From a virus, in the IMG/VR virus record IMGVR_UViG_3300020424_000003, positions 1-64,000 of that record: a stretch of DNA of 64,000 nucleotides; one strand, given 5' to 3'. The notes beneath the pieces were generated by a model, which worked only from the letters and a program-made list of their open reading frames with translations, was not told the origin of the DNA and searched no databases. Position numbers and translations under genes: made by a program. This document shows positions 1-10,156 of this stretch, piece by piece. Position 1 is the first letter of the stretch. The number at the start of each line of letters is the position of its first letter.

Positions 1-792
1 GCCAATGTGTTGGCCAGCACGGCAGGTTACAACACAGCCCGTACTCCTAACTATACAGGCACCAGTGAAAGCATAAACCTTACCATGTCCAACAGTGGAA
101 CAAGACTTGACGGCACTATGACCAATACCACTGGTAATGATATACTTCTTTACAAATACACTATGTCAAACTCAACTGGTTTTCCAGCAGGGTCGAACAA
201 CAGATTAATGAGCTTGGCTTGGGCAGACTCAAGCAACGCCTTTACCAATTCACACACAGTAAACAGCACAGGTTGTTTCAACACATTCAGAAGAACGCAC
301 TATGGATACCCAACATGGTTGAGATTACAATTTTATTTTACACCAGCTGGATCAGGCACTGAAGCTGATATAGGATATTTTAATTTTGTGTTTGAAGATG
401 CAGTTAGTCAGGCTGATGCGTTACAGTTTATTAAGACACAGACAGAAGCTTTCTTTCATGATCCACTAGACACAGGCGAAGATTATCCTTACCTAAGAGC
501 TACTGTGAACGCAGACTCAATCGATTTTCATTACTATAGGCAAGGAATATTAAGAGTGGTGCCAACATATTATAGATTCGGCTACAACCAAGGAGGCTCA
601 GGTGGAACTGCATATCCATCAACTGCTGATAGTGCCTTACAGGCCCATTCAAATTATAACTTTGCAACAACCAAATCAAATGAACTGAATACTTTTGCAA
701 AGGGCAACGGAAATGCAAAAGCACAAACACTTAACATGAGTTTGTCAGACTATTATGACGGAAGGGGGAATTTGACTCTTGGATCAGGATAA
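1..792 (+). CDS. C-terminal part of a Thr/Ser/Asn/Gly-rich probable virion/tail protein (probably 5'-truncated)
   Basis: Frame open from the window edge; composition typical of phage structural proteins. Confidence 0.45.
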   Translation, partial: ANVLASTAGYNTARTPNYTGTSESINLTMSNSGTRLDGTMTNTTGNDILLYKYTMSNSTGFPAGSNNRLMSLAWADSSNAFTNSHTVNSTGCFNTFRRTHYGYPTWLRLQFYFTPAGSGTEADIGYFNFVFEDAVSQADALQFIKTQTEAFFHDPLDTGEDYPYLRATVNADSIDFHYYRQGILRVVPTYYRFGYNQGGSGGTAYPSTADSALQAHSNYNFATTKSNELNTFAKGNGNAKAQTLNMSLSDYYDGRGNLTLGSG

Positions 793-893
793 AATCAAGC
801 AACCAGACAATTCAATGCCTACAGGATCACCAGATCCTATGCGTGTGCCTAACAACACAGACCCTTTGCCTAAACCTAATAAAGGAAAAATAA

Positions 894-1250
894 TTAATCC
901 TCGTCCTTCCGATAGTTCAATTCCTTCTCAAAAGGAATAATATTATCACTATTCTGAACGATCTTGTTTCTACGACCCTTGCTGATTTCTTTTTTGAGGT
1001 CAACTATCTCTGTGAGTATTGTTCCAAAATCTTCTCTGCTTTTTGCTAACATTTCAGTGAGATGCTTCACAGCATAAATTACCCACCACCACCATGCGAA
1101 CGCAATGGATCCAAATGAAATAGCTATTGCAATTATGATTATGTCTGTCCAATGATCTGGATCAAAGTATAATGCAAGACACACCGCAAGTAATCCTGCG
1201 ATCGGAGCCAACCTTCCTAGCCACTGCCAGAACTTAACTTGTCTCCGCAT
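894..1250 (-). CDS. Two-TM membrane protein with coiled-coil tail (holin-like topology)
   Basis: Two hydrophobic segments followed by a charged helix. Confidence 0.45.
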   Translation of the reverse strand: MRRQVKFWQWLGRLAPIAGLLAVCLALYFDPDHWTDIIIIAIAISFGSIAFAWWWWVIYAVKHLTEMLAKSREDFGTILTEIVDLKKEISKGRRNKIVQNSDNIIPFEKELNYRKDED

Positions 1251-1251
1251 T

Positions 1252-2364
1252 TTAGGCTCCTATTTGGCCAAATGGTTTCCACTCTCCTGGGGTTCCGTCC
1301 TGTATACAAATCCAACCAACGTATCCAGTTGGTGATGGAAGTGTATTCCAAACAATATCACCTCTCTTGTAGTTTCCACTTGTTGGCACTTCAGACCCAA
1401 CCTCCATCTTTTTGTTTTCAAATTTAATAGGACCATTTGCACTGAAACACACATCAGGATTGTTTACGTTTATTCCTAACTTGCCTTTTACGGTTGTAAT
1501 GCTTTCTGCATCAGTTCCTACTTCTATTCTATTGTTGGCTTTGAGTTTGATTCTTGTTTGATCATCTGTGATCAATTCCATGTCACTGGTAGTAAACGCA
1601 CCAACCTTGATTGTGTCGTATCCTGGATCAACAATAAATTCAACCTCGTTGCCGGCAACACTCAATTGGCCATTTGGTGCATCAATACCAACACCTAAAC
1701 GCATTCCATCGCCATCATAAAAGATAAACTGATCTAGTATGAAGTTTCCTTCAGTTCGTAAATTCTTGATCGTACCTAAAGTGGTAAGACTTGACTTGTT
1801 AATGTCTGGACCAAGTTCATCTTTGGATAACACAGTGATGTTATCAATTCTGTATTCTTGCATCGTGTCGATGATTTCGCTTGACCAAACTCTGTCTGGG
1901 TTACCTTGCATAACCAACTGCTTGGTATGTCCGGAACCTGTCCACATTAAACCTTTGCCATACGGTGATTGTTCAGAACAATCAAAGTTTAAAGGACTTG
2001 TTCTTTCGTTTCGAACGTCAGCTTTAATTTCATCTACTTCTAGTCTTGATGCTTTTATTGTACCAACCACATTAAGGTCTTCTTCAACCTTAACACTATT
2101 TTTCAATAAACCTACTTTAAGTGTGTCAACTGTAACAAGATCATTTTCAACAACTAATTCTAGTTTGTTTGCTCTGTCTTGTATACCCATTGAGCTGAAC
2201 TGTGTGATGGTTCCGCCGTGGACTTTATCTCCACTTATTTCATTGTTTAAGAATTCTTGTTTGGGTACAACTCTGTTGGCAATGGTTTCAATGGCTTGAC
2301 CAAGTGTGTCAAGTCCTTCTTTAACTGCCTTTATTTCAGAATCTTTGATATCATTTGTGCTCAT
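1252..2364 (-). CDS. Probable tail fibre/virion protein
   Basis: C-terminal PTSGNYKRGDIVWN..P..GYVGWIC..GTPGEWKPFG module typical of phage fibres; late promoter upstream. Confidence 0.55.
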   Translation of the reverse strand: MSTNDIKDSEIKAVKEGLDTLGQAIETIANRVVPKQEFLNNEISGDKVHGGTITQFSSMGIQDRANKLELVVENDLVTVDTLKVGLLKNSVKVEEDLNVVGTIKASRLEVDEIKADVRNERTSPLNFDCSEQSPYGKGLMWTGSGHTKQLVMQGNPDRVWSSEIIDTMQEYRIDNITVLSKDELGPDINKSSLTTLGTIKNLRTEGNFILDQFIFYDGDGMRLGVGIDAPNGQLSVAGNEVEFIVDPGYDTIKVGAFTTSDMELITDDQTRIKLKANNRIEVGTDAESITTVKGKLGINVNNPDVCFSANGPIKFENKKMEVGSEVPTSGNYKRGDIVWNTLPSPTGYVGWICIQDGTPGEWKPFGQIGA

Positions 2365-2385
2365 GTAAGTATTTATCTTATGAAC

Positions 2386-2997
2386 TTATCTTTGGTTTAG
2401 ATGGTTTAAAACTGCTTTTACGGATTCTTCGTTGGTATCTACATTAGCAACCAGCATATAGCTTGGATTAAAGCTACTGTTAAACAAATAATGCATCTTA
2501 ACTGTGTCCATGAAGTACATACGTCCATGTTCCCAATGCAACAACTTGTTATCTAACATAAAATTAAAATATGGTGGATTACAGTTCTGTAAAGGCACTA
2601 TCAATCTGAAACTGTTTTGTATCAAACAGTGATCTCTGTGTGGCGGAAAGAATCCACCTGTGCCTAGCTTTAAAATGTGTGTTCTATGTATGTGTTTTAT
2701 CCAAGGTTCTAATATGTCCTTGCACCCTTCAATCACAGGCGTTGGTGTTGCAAAATCTCTTTCAGTGTATTGAGTGTTATTTTCTTTGTTGTATTCACCC
2801 AGGCTGTCTAGATCAGGTATACCACTGACACCACCATCTAAACTTGTAACACTTAGGCCGTATCTGTTAATGGATTTGCGTGGATTGTACTGCACATATT
2901 CAAAGTTTTCTTCTGTCCAGGCAACAAAGCTGGGTGCATCCATTGTTAAATCCAATGAATAAAATGAGCCATATGTGATTAGGGTTTGGTAGTCCAT
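2386..2997 (-). CDS. Aspartyl/asparaginyl beta-hydroxylase-like 2OG-Fe(II) oxygenase
   Basis: GGFFPPHRD, RLIVPL, distal His in MDTVKMHYLFN. Confidence 0.6.
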   Translation of the reverse strand: MDYQTLITYGSFYSLDLTMDAPSFVAWTEENFEYVQYNPRKSINRYGLSVTSLDGGVSGIPDLDSLGEYNKENNTQYTERDFATPTPVIEGCKDILEPWIKHIHRTHILKLGTGGFFPPHRDHCLIQNSFRLIVPLQNCNPPYFNFMLDNKLLHWEHGRMYFMDTVKMHYLFNSSFNPSYMLVANVDTNEESVKAVLNHLNQR

Positions 2998-3008
2998 ACT
3001 ATTACTTA

Positions 3009-4310
3009 TTAATCTATGGTTTTAAGTAATATAGTCTCTGGATTGATTCTTCCGTTAAGTTTGATATCTACTGCATTGATTTCATCAAGAAACTTCTTGA
3101 TCTTGACTTTACCAGCATCTTTGAATTCTTTCAATTTTTCGTCTGGTTTTCTAAGGGTCTTTTGTATTGATTCATCTTCGTTGTAGCTCTGTATTGTTGT
3201 GCCTTTGACACTGAGTCCTGATCCTTCTCTGCGTTGATGTAATGGATCTATTGTTTTTGCAACATACCTACCCAACTTACGTGTCTTGATGTTGAAAACC
3301 CATAATTCAGATGCTCCAATTATTTCTTGTGGATTGATACTTGCCAATTGAAACTTTTCATCATTGACTCTAAATTTAAGTTTAGAAACCATCTTCTCTT
3401 TGTCTCTACGTCTCTTACGTGGTTTCCTGTTTGCCTTGGCTGTGTCAATGATTACATCTAAAGCACCCATTATATTTGTTAGTGCTTCATAATACTTTTT
3501 AATATCGTCTTTGTTGCTTAGGCTGTATCCTTCAATTAATTGTTCAGCCCAGTCTCTTTGATGTTCGTCCATCTTTTCTAGTTGAGATTTGGTAGGAGGA
3601 TTCAGCACTTCCATGATTTCGTCTATTTCAGGTTGATACAGTTCCTTCATCTTACGTGCATGGGCCTGTGTGCATTTCATATCATTGAGATGTTTGGAAA
3701 TTCTAAAACCTTTTGGATCAAACTTCTTGGTGTTTGTTTGCCAACCATCAAGCCAATCTTCTAAACCGCCTCTCATGTGGAAGGTTTGTGCTTGTATGCG
3801 TTCTTGTATTGTAGGCTTACCTACTACAATCTTTTTCTTTTTTAATTCTTTCTCTTTCTCTTTAACTTCTTCTATCACTTTGTTACCAAGTTCAAATAAT
3901 TCATTTAATTGTTTATTTACAAAATCTGATACAGGTTTAACCTTTCCCATGGTTCCTGGTAGGGATTCCCAGTATTCAGAATAAGCCTTGTGAGTGTCAG
4001 GAAAGCCTTTGCTTAATAATCTACAACTTGCGCCTAGTGTTGATCCAAACCTCCAGTCTGGATTCTTTTGTATTGCCTTAGTTTTATCTTTCCATTCGTC
4101 TTTGCTTTTGCAGTAATCAATCACATACCTTTTGCAATCAGCGGACTTGGCTTCCCATCTGTAGTATTCATAACATTGGTCACGTAGTCTGCTAAACTGT
4201 TGTCCGTCTAACTCGTTTGCTTTAGATATGTCTGGCTCAGTTAACTTTGTGCTAACTCTCCTAACAGGTTTTTTCTTTTTCCTGCCGGATAGCAAAATCG
4301 ATTTGGCCAT
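3009..4310 (-). CDS. Jumbo-phage hypothetical protein
   Basis: 433-aa ORF, RBS GAGGAG, TTGAC promoter upstream. Confidence 0.6.
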   Translation of the reverse strand: MAKSILLSGRKKKKPVRRVSTKLTEPDISKANELDGQQFSRLRDQCYEYYRWEAKSADCKRYVIDYCKSKDEWKDKTKAIQKNPDWRFGSTLGASCRLLSKGFPDTHKAYSEYWESLPGTMGKVKPVSDFVNKQLNELFELGNKVIEEVKEKEKELKKKKIVVGKPTIQERIQAQTFHMRGGLEDWLDGWQTNTKKFDPKGFRISKHLNDMKCTQAHARKMKELYQPEIDEIMEVLNPPTKSQLEKMDEHQRDWAEQLIEGYSLSNKDDIKKYYEALTNIMGALDVIIDTAKANRKPRKRRRDKEKMVSKLKFRVNDEKFQLASINPQEIIGASELWVFNIKTRKLGRYVAKTIDPLHQRREGSGLSVKGTTIQSYNEDESIQKTLRKPDEKLKEFKDAGKVKIKKFLDEINAVDIKLNGRINPETILLKTID

Positions 4311-4391
4311 CTACAACTCCTCAAATCTAAATGATATACAGTTACTATATATACAATTTATAAAAAGTCAACTAAAAATGACTAATTTAAA

Positions 4392-5720
4392 TTATATTTT
4401 ATCGCCATTTGAAAGATTTCGAAAAGTTTTGAATCTTGGAAATCTTAGACTGTAAGTGTCAGAGTCTTGTGATTTTGTTCTTGCATCAGCTCGTATTTCT
4501 ACTAAAGAACCAACGACGTTATCACGGTTAGTCCAGAACTGATCACGTTGATCGTCAGTGAAACCACTTCCACAGTTAAGGTGATAAGTGTATCCATCAT
4601 CTTCTCCTTCTACAATGATTGCGCCAAGTCTACCCTCATTTCGTCCAGTTCCTTCTTCAACTGCAACTACTTTCAATGTAACTTCAATAAATGGTTTGGC
4701 TTTTAACCAAGCATGAGATCGTTTACATTCATATACTGCTTTCTGATCTTTGATCATAACCCCTTCATATCCACCGTCTACAGCCGCTTTATTAAGCTCT
4801 ACAAAGCGATCTTGACCTTCAGGGCTACTTAGATCCACATCTTCCCAGTCCAGTGCTTGTACGTGCTCTAAGGCGTCTTTATTAGCGTCTACCCAATGCC
4901 ATACATATTGGCTTCTTTTGGATTGTTCTACTTCATACTTTCCTTCTAAGAACTTGTCTAAAGGAATCATATCAAACAAATGAAGTACTGCGTCTTTGGC
5001 AACACCTCCACTCTTTCTATGAACCTGTTTCATTAGGTCTTGGAAGTTTGCACTCATTACCTCTCCATCTAAAACTAGATCGTATGGAGCAGGTTTGTCT
5101 TTTAATACTGCTTCTATTTCTGCAATGATGTGACCAAAGTTATGAAACTGCTTACCATTCCTGCTAAACATTTCTACTTTACCATCTTTGATTACTGTTA
5201 ATACTCTTACACCATCAAGTTTAATTTCTATCTGTTTAGGACCAACCATTTTCTTTTCATGGTTAGCTGAATCATGTGCAAGTTGACAAGTAAACACAGG
5301 AACTTTGTATTTGTCAAAGCCATTCTTTTTTGCTACATTGTTTACAGTCTTTTCACTTACACCACAACGTAAATCCTTAATAAGGATACGTCTGTAAAAT
5401 CCATTCCATTGTTCTGCTGTCGCTGAACTCATTACAAGATTAATTGCATCTCTGGCCGCATGACCAGTTAATTCTCTTTTGTTAAGTTTTTCTGCAAGTT
5501 CTAAGAATATCTTCCATTCACAGCCTTGCCCTGAAATAACTGTGTCCTTTGTTGGAACTTGCTTAACGCCGAATGTGTATAATGGATCAAGTGCCATTCT
5601 AACACCATCAAAGAACTCGTCAAGTCCTTCGTTCATTGCATCTAATAATATTGATTCTTTAGCTAGACGTGAATTGTCTGCTTCTAATTTTTCTATGATT
5701 GCCTGTGGTTGTGTTCTCAT
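4392..5720 (-). CDS. lig: ATP-dependent DNA ligase
   Basis: KLDGVR motif I, LDGEV, EGVMIK, WLKAKP, GSGFTD, SLRFPRF. Confidence 0.95.
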   Translation of the reverse strand: MRTQPQAIIEKLEADNSRLAKESILLDAMNEGLDEFFDGVRMALDPLYTFGVKQVPTKDTVISGQGCEWKIFLELAEKLNKRELTGHAARDAINLVMSSATAEQWNGFYRRILIKDLRCGVSEKTVNNVAKKNGFDKYKVPVFTCQLAHDSANHEKKMVGPKQIEIKLDGVRVLTVIKDGKVEMFSRNGKQFHNFGHIIAEIEAVLKDKPAPYDLVLDGEVMSANFQDLMKQVHRKSGGVAKDAVLHLFDMIPLDKFLEGKYEVEQSKRSQYVWHWVDANKDALEHVQALDWEDVDLSSPEGQDRFVELNKAAVDGGYEGVMIKDQKAVYECKRSHAWLKAKPFIEVTLKVVAVEEGTGRNEGRLGAIIVEGEDDGYTYHLNCGSGFTDDQRDQFWTNRDNVVGSLVEIRADARTKSQDSDTYSLRFPRFKTFRNLSNGDKI

Positions 5721-5772
5721 TTGTGCCTCTTCCTAATTATTATATACATTATATAATCATTTTGTAATAATG

Positions 5773-6108
5773 TCAACCTCTTTTACGATAATCTCCATTC
5801 AAATGACTCTTGTAGGAATGGCAAACTTTACACAAAGTTTGGATATTTTTTGGTATGTTATTTAATTGGTTACCATCTATGTGATCCAATTCTAAAGCAC
5901 CTGGATACGGAATGTGGGCAGTACACTTGTAACCAAATCTACCATCAATGTTTTCACAGTAATCTTTCTTTGTGAATGACACACCTTCTTCCAAAGGTCG
6001 CTTTCCATAACTAGCTTCATGACATTTCCAACACACAGGTCGCAACTTATACTTTCCGCTCTTGGCGACTTTTCTATTACAGCCTTTGTTAATACATAAC
6101 GTAGTCAT
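5773..6108 (-). CDS. HNH endonuclease (Cys-rich)
   Basis: LELDHIDGNQLNN..NIQTLCKVCH. Confidence 0.8.
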   Translation of the reverse strand: MTTLCINKGCNRKVAKSGKYKLRPVCWKCHEASYGKRPLEEGVSFTKKDYCENIDGRFGYKCTAHIPYPGALELDHIDGNQLNNIPKNIQTLCKVCHSYKSHLNGDYRKRG

Positions 6109-6122
6109 AATGCCTCCTATTA

Positions 6123-6199
6123 TGGCGGACCCAAAGAGATTCGAACTCCTGACCTCCAGTTCCGCAAACTGGCGCTCTATCCAACTGAGCTATGGGTCC
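6123..6199 (-). tRNA. tRNA-Arg (GCG)
   Basis: GGACCCA/TGGGTCC acceptor, anticodon arm CCAGT-TTGCGGA-ACTGG, TTCGAAT T-loop, encoded CCA. Confidence 0.92.
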
Positions 6200-6239
6200 G
6201 TAGTTCTATTATAGTTGATTATTTTGGAATTGTCAAGGT

Positions 6240-6268
6240 AAAAAAAAGGGCGACATAAAGCCGCCCTT
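6240..6268 (-). terminator. Intrinsic terminator
   Basis: AAGGGCG..CGCCCTT hairpin followed by a T-run on the minus strand. Confidence 0.75.
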
Positions 6269-6287
6269 AATCTCAATTAGTGTAGAA

Positions 6288-6533
6288 TTACACTAAATTT
6301 TTTGCCATTGCTTTGTAACCAGCGGCAACAACTGCTCTAGAGGCAGAACCTAATCTGTACTTTCTAGCACCAGTTTTTGTTGTGTTTAAGTATACAGGGT
6401 ATCCTGCAAATCTTAAACTTTGAATAACTGCTTGTGGATTACCAGCTTTGAATTTTGTGGCAATCTGAGCTGAAGTTAATTCAGAACCATTTTTAAGTGC
6501 GGTTAATACACTATCTTGAATTGTATTTTTCAT
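6288..6533 (-). CDS. Small winged-HTH DNA-binding protein
   Basis: VLTALKNGSELTSAQIATKF..PQAVIQSLRFAGYPVY pattern. Confidence 0.6.
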   Translation of the reverse strand: MKNTIQDSVLTALKNGSELTSAQIATKFKAGNPQAVIQSLRFAGYPVYLNTTKTGARKYRLGSASRAVVAAGYKAMAKNLV

Positions 6534-6622
6534 AGTATCTCCTTATATATTAATATCTAAGTTTCAAATACAGTAACTAATATAACAAAAAAATGCAATA
6601 TTGTCAAGCACTTGTTTGCCAA

Positions 6623-7222
6623 TTACACAAAATCGGGGCCATGCACCCAACCTACTAACGATATCCTTGTGCCTTTGGTGACAGGAACAACCTTGTGTGG
6701 CATCCAACTTGGGAAGAAACATATCTCATATTTCTTTAATTGGATAGGATAACCAATCGAGTCAGGCATCAATGTAAGATCTCCTCCTTCAAACTCGCTT
6801 GGATCATTTAGTAAACAACTAAATGAAATCTTTCTACTGTCATTATTAACTCCTTTGAATCCTGCATCTGAGTGCATGGAGTAATGACCTTTCTTGTCTG
6901 CATCATAAACACTATATTGAAGTGTTTCCAAATACGTGATAGAATATTTAAAATGAAAATCATTTGCATGATGTATGACTCCGCCCAATAAGTTATAAAG
7001 TTGAGGATTGGTATTTGTGTCAATCCAACTTATGTCCGTTGAACGTAGTGTATCATCATGTTCGTTTGTACCTTCTTGCACATACCCGGCCTTTTGTAAA
7101 GGATTCTGTTCCTTAACCCATTTGTGTAAGTCGTTTACTATCTCGTCAGTCAATCCCCAGTTTTCTACACGATACTCTGGTAATGGATTGTTTCTGTGTT
7201 GCGGTGGTGTTAGTATGTACAT
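6623..7222 (-). CDS. 2OG-Fe(II) oxygenase (P4H/PKHD-like)
   Basis: YSMHSD, RKISFS, FEGGDL, FPSWMPHKVVPVTKGTRISLVGW; start placed at TAATG overlap. Confidence 0.85.
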   Translation of the reverse strand: MYILTPPQHRNNPLPEYRVENWGLTDEIVNDLHKWVKEQNPLQKAGYVQEGTNEHDDTLRSTDISWIDTNTNPQLYNLLGGVIHHANDFHFKYSITYLETLQYSVYDADKKGHYSMHSDAGFKGVNNDSRKISFSCLLNDPSEFEGGDLTLMPDSIGYPIQLKKYEICFFPSWMPHKVVPVTKGTRISLVGWVHGPDFV

Positions 7223-7731
7223 TATTTGATCCTCACTTGTACTGTGACTCTTGTTTGTTTTGCCCAAGGAGTGATTGCAGTTACACTATGTAATGTAGGA
7301 CTTTGCCTATTATCATTTAAGATCAATCTATTGAACTTAGGTTCTTCTGCTCGAATGGTATCACCGTCCTTCCATAAAAACAAACCACCATCACTTGCGT
7401 CCCAATGTTGATTAAGATATATTGTACCACTAGCAATATAACCTGAGTCATCATGCCAGTCTAACATACTGTTTCTATTCCATAGATAGATGTATGCTTC
7501 AAACTTTAGATCACTGTAAAATGGATTAAGATTTTCAAATGCTTTCTTAACATCAATAACACCATTGCGTAGTATACTCATGTTAGCACTATTAGAACCT
7601 TCTACAACGATACCTTCCCAACTATGGCTAGTTGACCAACAAGCCTCTGTTGACTGTATCTTTTCTTTGATCTCAGTTGCAATAGTATCTATTGTATCCT
7701 GTGCTAGAAAGTTATCTTTAATTGTAATCAT
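7222..7731 (-). CDS. 2OG-Fe(II) oxygenase
   Basis: WHDD, IYLNQHW..DGGLF, PKFNRL, HSVT, RVTVQ. Confidence 0.8.
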   Translation of the reverse strand: MITIKDNFLAQDTIDTIATEIKEKIQSTEACWSTSHSWEGIVVEGSNSANMSILRNGVIDVKKAFENLNPFYSDLKFEAYIYLWNRNSMLDWHDDSGYIASGTIYLNQHWDASDGGLFLWKDGDTIRAEEPKFNRLILNDNRQSPTLHSVTAITPWAKQTRVTVQVRIK

Positions 7732-7973
7732 GTTAGCCAGTTCCAAATACCTCTAATGGCAAGTAACAAATAAAATAGTTCCATCAATGCCCGAGGTAAA
7801 TCCTTATCTTTTAATCCCATGTAAATCCAAATACTACAACTGAAACAAGCGACTGCCCAACCCATCCATTGAACTGCTGGATCACCTCCGCTTAATATAA
7901 AAGCACCAACCATGGCAAGTACAAAACCTAACCATCGCCAGCCGTCTATCTTGTGGTAGTATCTAATTTTCAT
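7728..7973 (-). CDS. Small multi-TM membrane protein
   Basis: Three hydrophobic segments. Confidence 0.55.
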   Translation of the reverse strand: MKIRYYHKIDGWRWLGFVLAMVGAFILSGGDPAVQWMGWAVACFSCSIWIYMGLKDKDLPRALMELFYLLLAIRGIWNWLT

Positions 7974-8706
7974 TATGCTCCATCAAAAACTTGTATCTAA
8001 AATAACTTCTTGTCATCAAATCACAAAAACGTAAAAATTCGTTACCCACTTCAACCGTTGCAAACATTCTAACACTTGGAGTTGATCCTGTGTTTACTAT
8101 TTGTAATTTTTTCTTTGGATTCAACAAATATACCTTGCCCATCTGTATTGGAATCCTACCACAATCTTCAACCACTGTGTGACAGTCAGCACCTGGTTCA
8201 ATTAATGACACCATGTACATCCATGGATAGCTCATCAAGTCCATTGATTCTATTGTGTCAGAAGTTGGTTCTGTGTTCCAGTTATGTGGTGGTATGTAAC
8301 CTTGTGGATCAAGTTTCCAATAATTAACTTTTCTAAGTTTTTCTACTGCTGAACAATTATGCCACCAATCAGCAGTTACAGGAATCTCAATACCTGCATT
8401 CAACCATTTGCCCATGAACATTGTAACGCCACTCAACCCTTTTCCAAGTTGCAATGGTTTGGCTTTTGCAATGACTGAGTCAGTTTCTAGTCTGCCTTTA
8501 AAATGTAATCCAATGTCTTCGTACTTGGGAGGATTTACAGTTGCAAGATCAAGTTCTATGTATCCAATGTCGTTGTCCAGCATCTGTTGAAGATACCATT
8601 TGCCCATTACAACGCCGTCTTTTTCATTCAGGTCGTCAGGTTTAAGCGGAAGTTTGTGTTTAATGTCCTTGTGTTTATTATAAAATAATTCTGTTTCTTT
8701 ATCCAT
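7963..8706 (-). CDS. Divergent Asp-beta-hydroxylase-like/cupin protein
   Basis: KLDPQGYIPPH and GKVYLLN pattern; metal ligands appear degenerate. Confidence 0.4.
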   Translation of the reverse strand: MDKETELFYNKHKDIKHKLPLKPDDLNEKDGVVMGKWYLQQMLDNDIGYIELDLATVNPPKYEDIGLHFKGRLETDSVIAKAKPLQLGKGLSGVTMFMGKWLNAGIEIPVTADWWHNCSAVEKLRKVNYWKLDPQGYIPPHNWNTEPTSDTIESMDLMSYPWMYMVSLIEPGADCHTVVEDCGRIPIQMGKVYLLNPKKKLQIVNTGSTPSVRMFATVEVGNEFLRFCDLMTRSYFRYKFLMEHNEN

Positions 8707-8720
8707 AGTCTTCTCAAAAA

Positions 8721-8796
8721 TGGTGCCGCTTCACGGACTCGAACCGCGGACCTACTGATTACAAATCAGTTGCTCTACCAACTGAGCTAAAGCGGC
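8721..8796 (-). tRNA. tRNA-Thr (TGT)
   Basis: GCCGCTT/AAGCGGC acceptor, loop TTTGTAA, CCA. Confidence 0.93.
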
Positions 8797-8804
8797 TTAT
8801 AAGA

Positions 8805-9011
8805 TTAATCAAACTCTGCTCTGACAATATGTTTTCGTAATGCTCTAACAAGTTCTTCTATCTTATCTATCACTGCAATCAAACTTTTGTCTGTGATGTA
8901 AGATTGTCTTTCACGTAACTTGTCATATTCTTTTAAAGTAATGGTTACCGTACCACCTTCATTTTCGTAACTATCGTCCTGTGATCTAATGTTTTCATCA
9001 GTCTCTGTCAT
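8805..9011 (-). CDS. Hypothetical protein
   Basis: ORF in a tightly packed operon. Confidence 0.5.
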   Translation of the reverse strand: MTETDENIRSQDDSYENEGGTVTITLKEYDKLRERQSYITDKSLIAVIDKIEELVRALRKHIVRAEFD

Positions 9012-9204
9012 AAGTCCCCTTTAGTTCATCGATTCTGTGCTCTAACCAACTAATGGCAGTATGAATGTGTCCGGTGTCGTGTGGTTGAAGTTGACTTTTG
9101 GCGTACTCTATTTCTGATTCAAGAAAATTAATTCTTATCAGGTTCCCTGGAAAGTCCTTGTGCTTCGTCTTCACTGCCTCTTGTTTGATCTTCTGCTTCA
9201 TCAT
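8998..9204 (-). CDS. Hypothetical phage protein
   Basis: LQPHDTGHIHTAISWL motif seen in T4-like marine phages. Confidence 0.55.
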   Translation of the reverse strand: MMKQKIKQEAVKTKHKDFPGNLIRINFLESEIEYAKSQLQPHDTGHIHTAISWLEHRIDELKGTYDRD

Positions 9205-9411
9205 CTTTACTACTTACCTCTGGCATTGTACCATTGACCGCTCTTTCGAGCAAGCCGTCAACGTCTATGTCTTGATGCTCTAACATTTGCAAACCTTCAA
9301 CAGGTGTTTTGCACAATCCTTCTTTGACCATTTGCCTTACAACATAAATGATATTATATTTTGATAAATTTTCAAACTTTTGATATAACCCTTGGCTAAA
9401 GACTCTACCCA

Positions 9412-9684
9412 TTATTGCTCAACTTTCTGCACTCTGTCATAAACAAATGATCTCCAACCTTTGGCATTCATGTCCCAGACAGTGATATTTGTATCGTGTG
9501 CTTTTGGATTTGATTTTGGGTGGTTTTCTTTTGGAATAATATTCAACGATTTTGTACAAGTCATCACCCTTTGATCTCCATTTAGTTTTGTAAATGTAAC
9601 CACTGCTTGTTGTTCGTTTAATATTTTAAGTAAGTTGTCTTTGGTAGGTATGCCTTTTAATTCTGCTATTTTATCTATACTCAT
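9412..9684 (-). CDS. WYL_2/SH3-like phage protein
   Basis: VTFTKLNGDQRVMTCT..VWD..AKGWRSF. Confidence 0.7.
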   Translation of the reverse strand: MSIDKIAELKGIPTKDNLLKILNEQQAVVTFTKLNGDQRVMTCTKSLNIIPKENHPKSNPKAHDTNITVWDMNAKGWRSFVYDRVQKVEQ

Positions 9685-9908
9685 CTACCACGTCCTTGAT
9701 TTACTTCATATATAGCTGGACCTTTGGTAGTAAATTCTAATCCTGATTTGTTTCCAACATACACAGAACCATTCCATAAAAGTTTCAGTCTATTCTGTGC
9801 AATAAAAACTTCGACAAATTTCTTTTCTTCAAATCTATCAACTTCTGCTTCATTAACTATGTCATTATCTGTACAAGTTATTTGACATTTATTATCGTGT
9901 GTATTCAT
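9681..9908 (-). CDS. Hypothetical protein
   Basis: ORF with ATGA overlaps. Confidence 0.55.
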   Translation of the reverse strand: MNTHDNKCQITCTDNDIVNEAEVDRFEEKKFVEVFIAQNRLKLLWNGSVYVGNKSGLEFTTKGPAIYEVNQGRGR

Positions 9909-10156
9909 TCATCTCCCCACATTTCATTTATTTTCTTTTTATACGACAAATATATAAAAAAGTCAACCAGTAAAAAGTTCAATCCAAATCCTGTCACTGT
10001 CAAAACAAATCCGAACAATGCCGGTAGTCCAAACAAACAGAACATTATCTTGAATATGTAATCTGCTACCAAGAACTTAGGAACCACAAATAAAGGCCAT
10101 TCACCCATCTCAGGCTTTGGCGGTGGCTTTCTATAATCGTCAACTTCGTAATTCAT
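9905..10156 (-). CDS. Small membrane protein
   Basis: Hydrophobic C-terminal half. Confidence 0.45.
   Translation of the reverse strand: MNYEVDDYRKPPPKPEMGEWPLFVVPKFLVADYIFKIMFCLFGLPALFGFVLTVTGFGLNFLLVDFFIYLSYKKKINEMWGDE

Noticed and set aside
779-940. Pro-rich small plus-strand ORF after the first gene
   Set aside because: TTG start, overlaps a convergent gene and has no recognisable motif; insufficient support
9128-9412. 94-aa minus-strand ORF overlapping the next gene by 77 nt
   Set aside because: Possibly a real gene, but nothing recognisable and the overlap makes its limits uncertain
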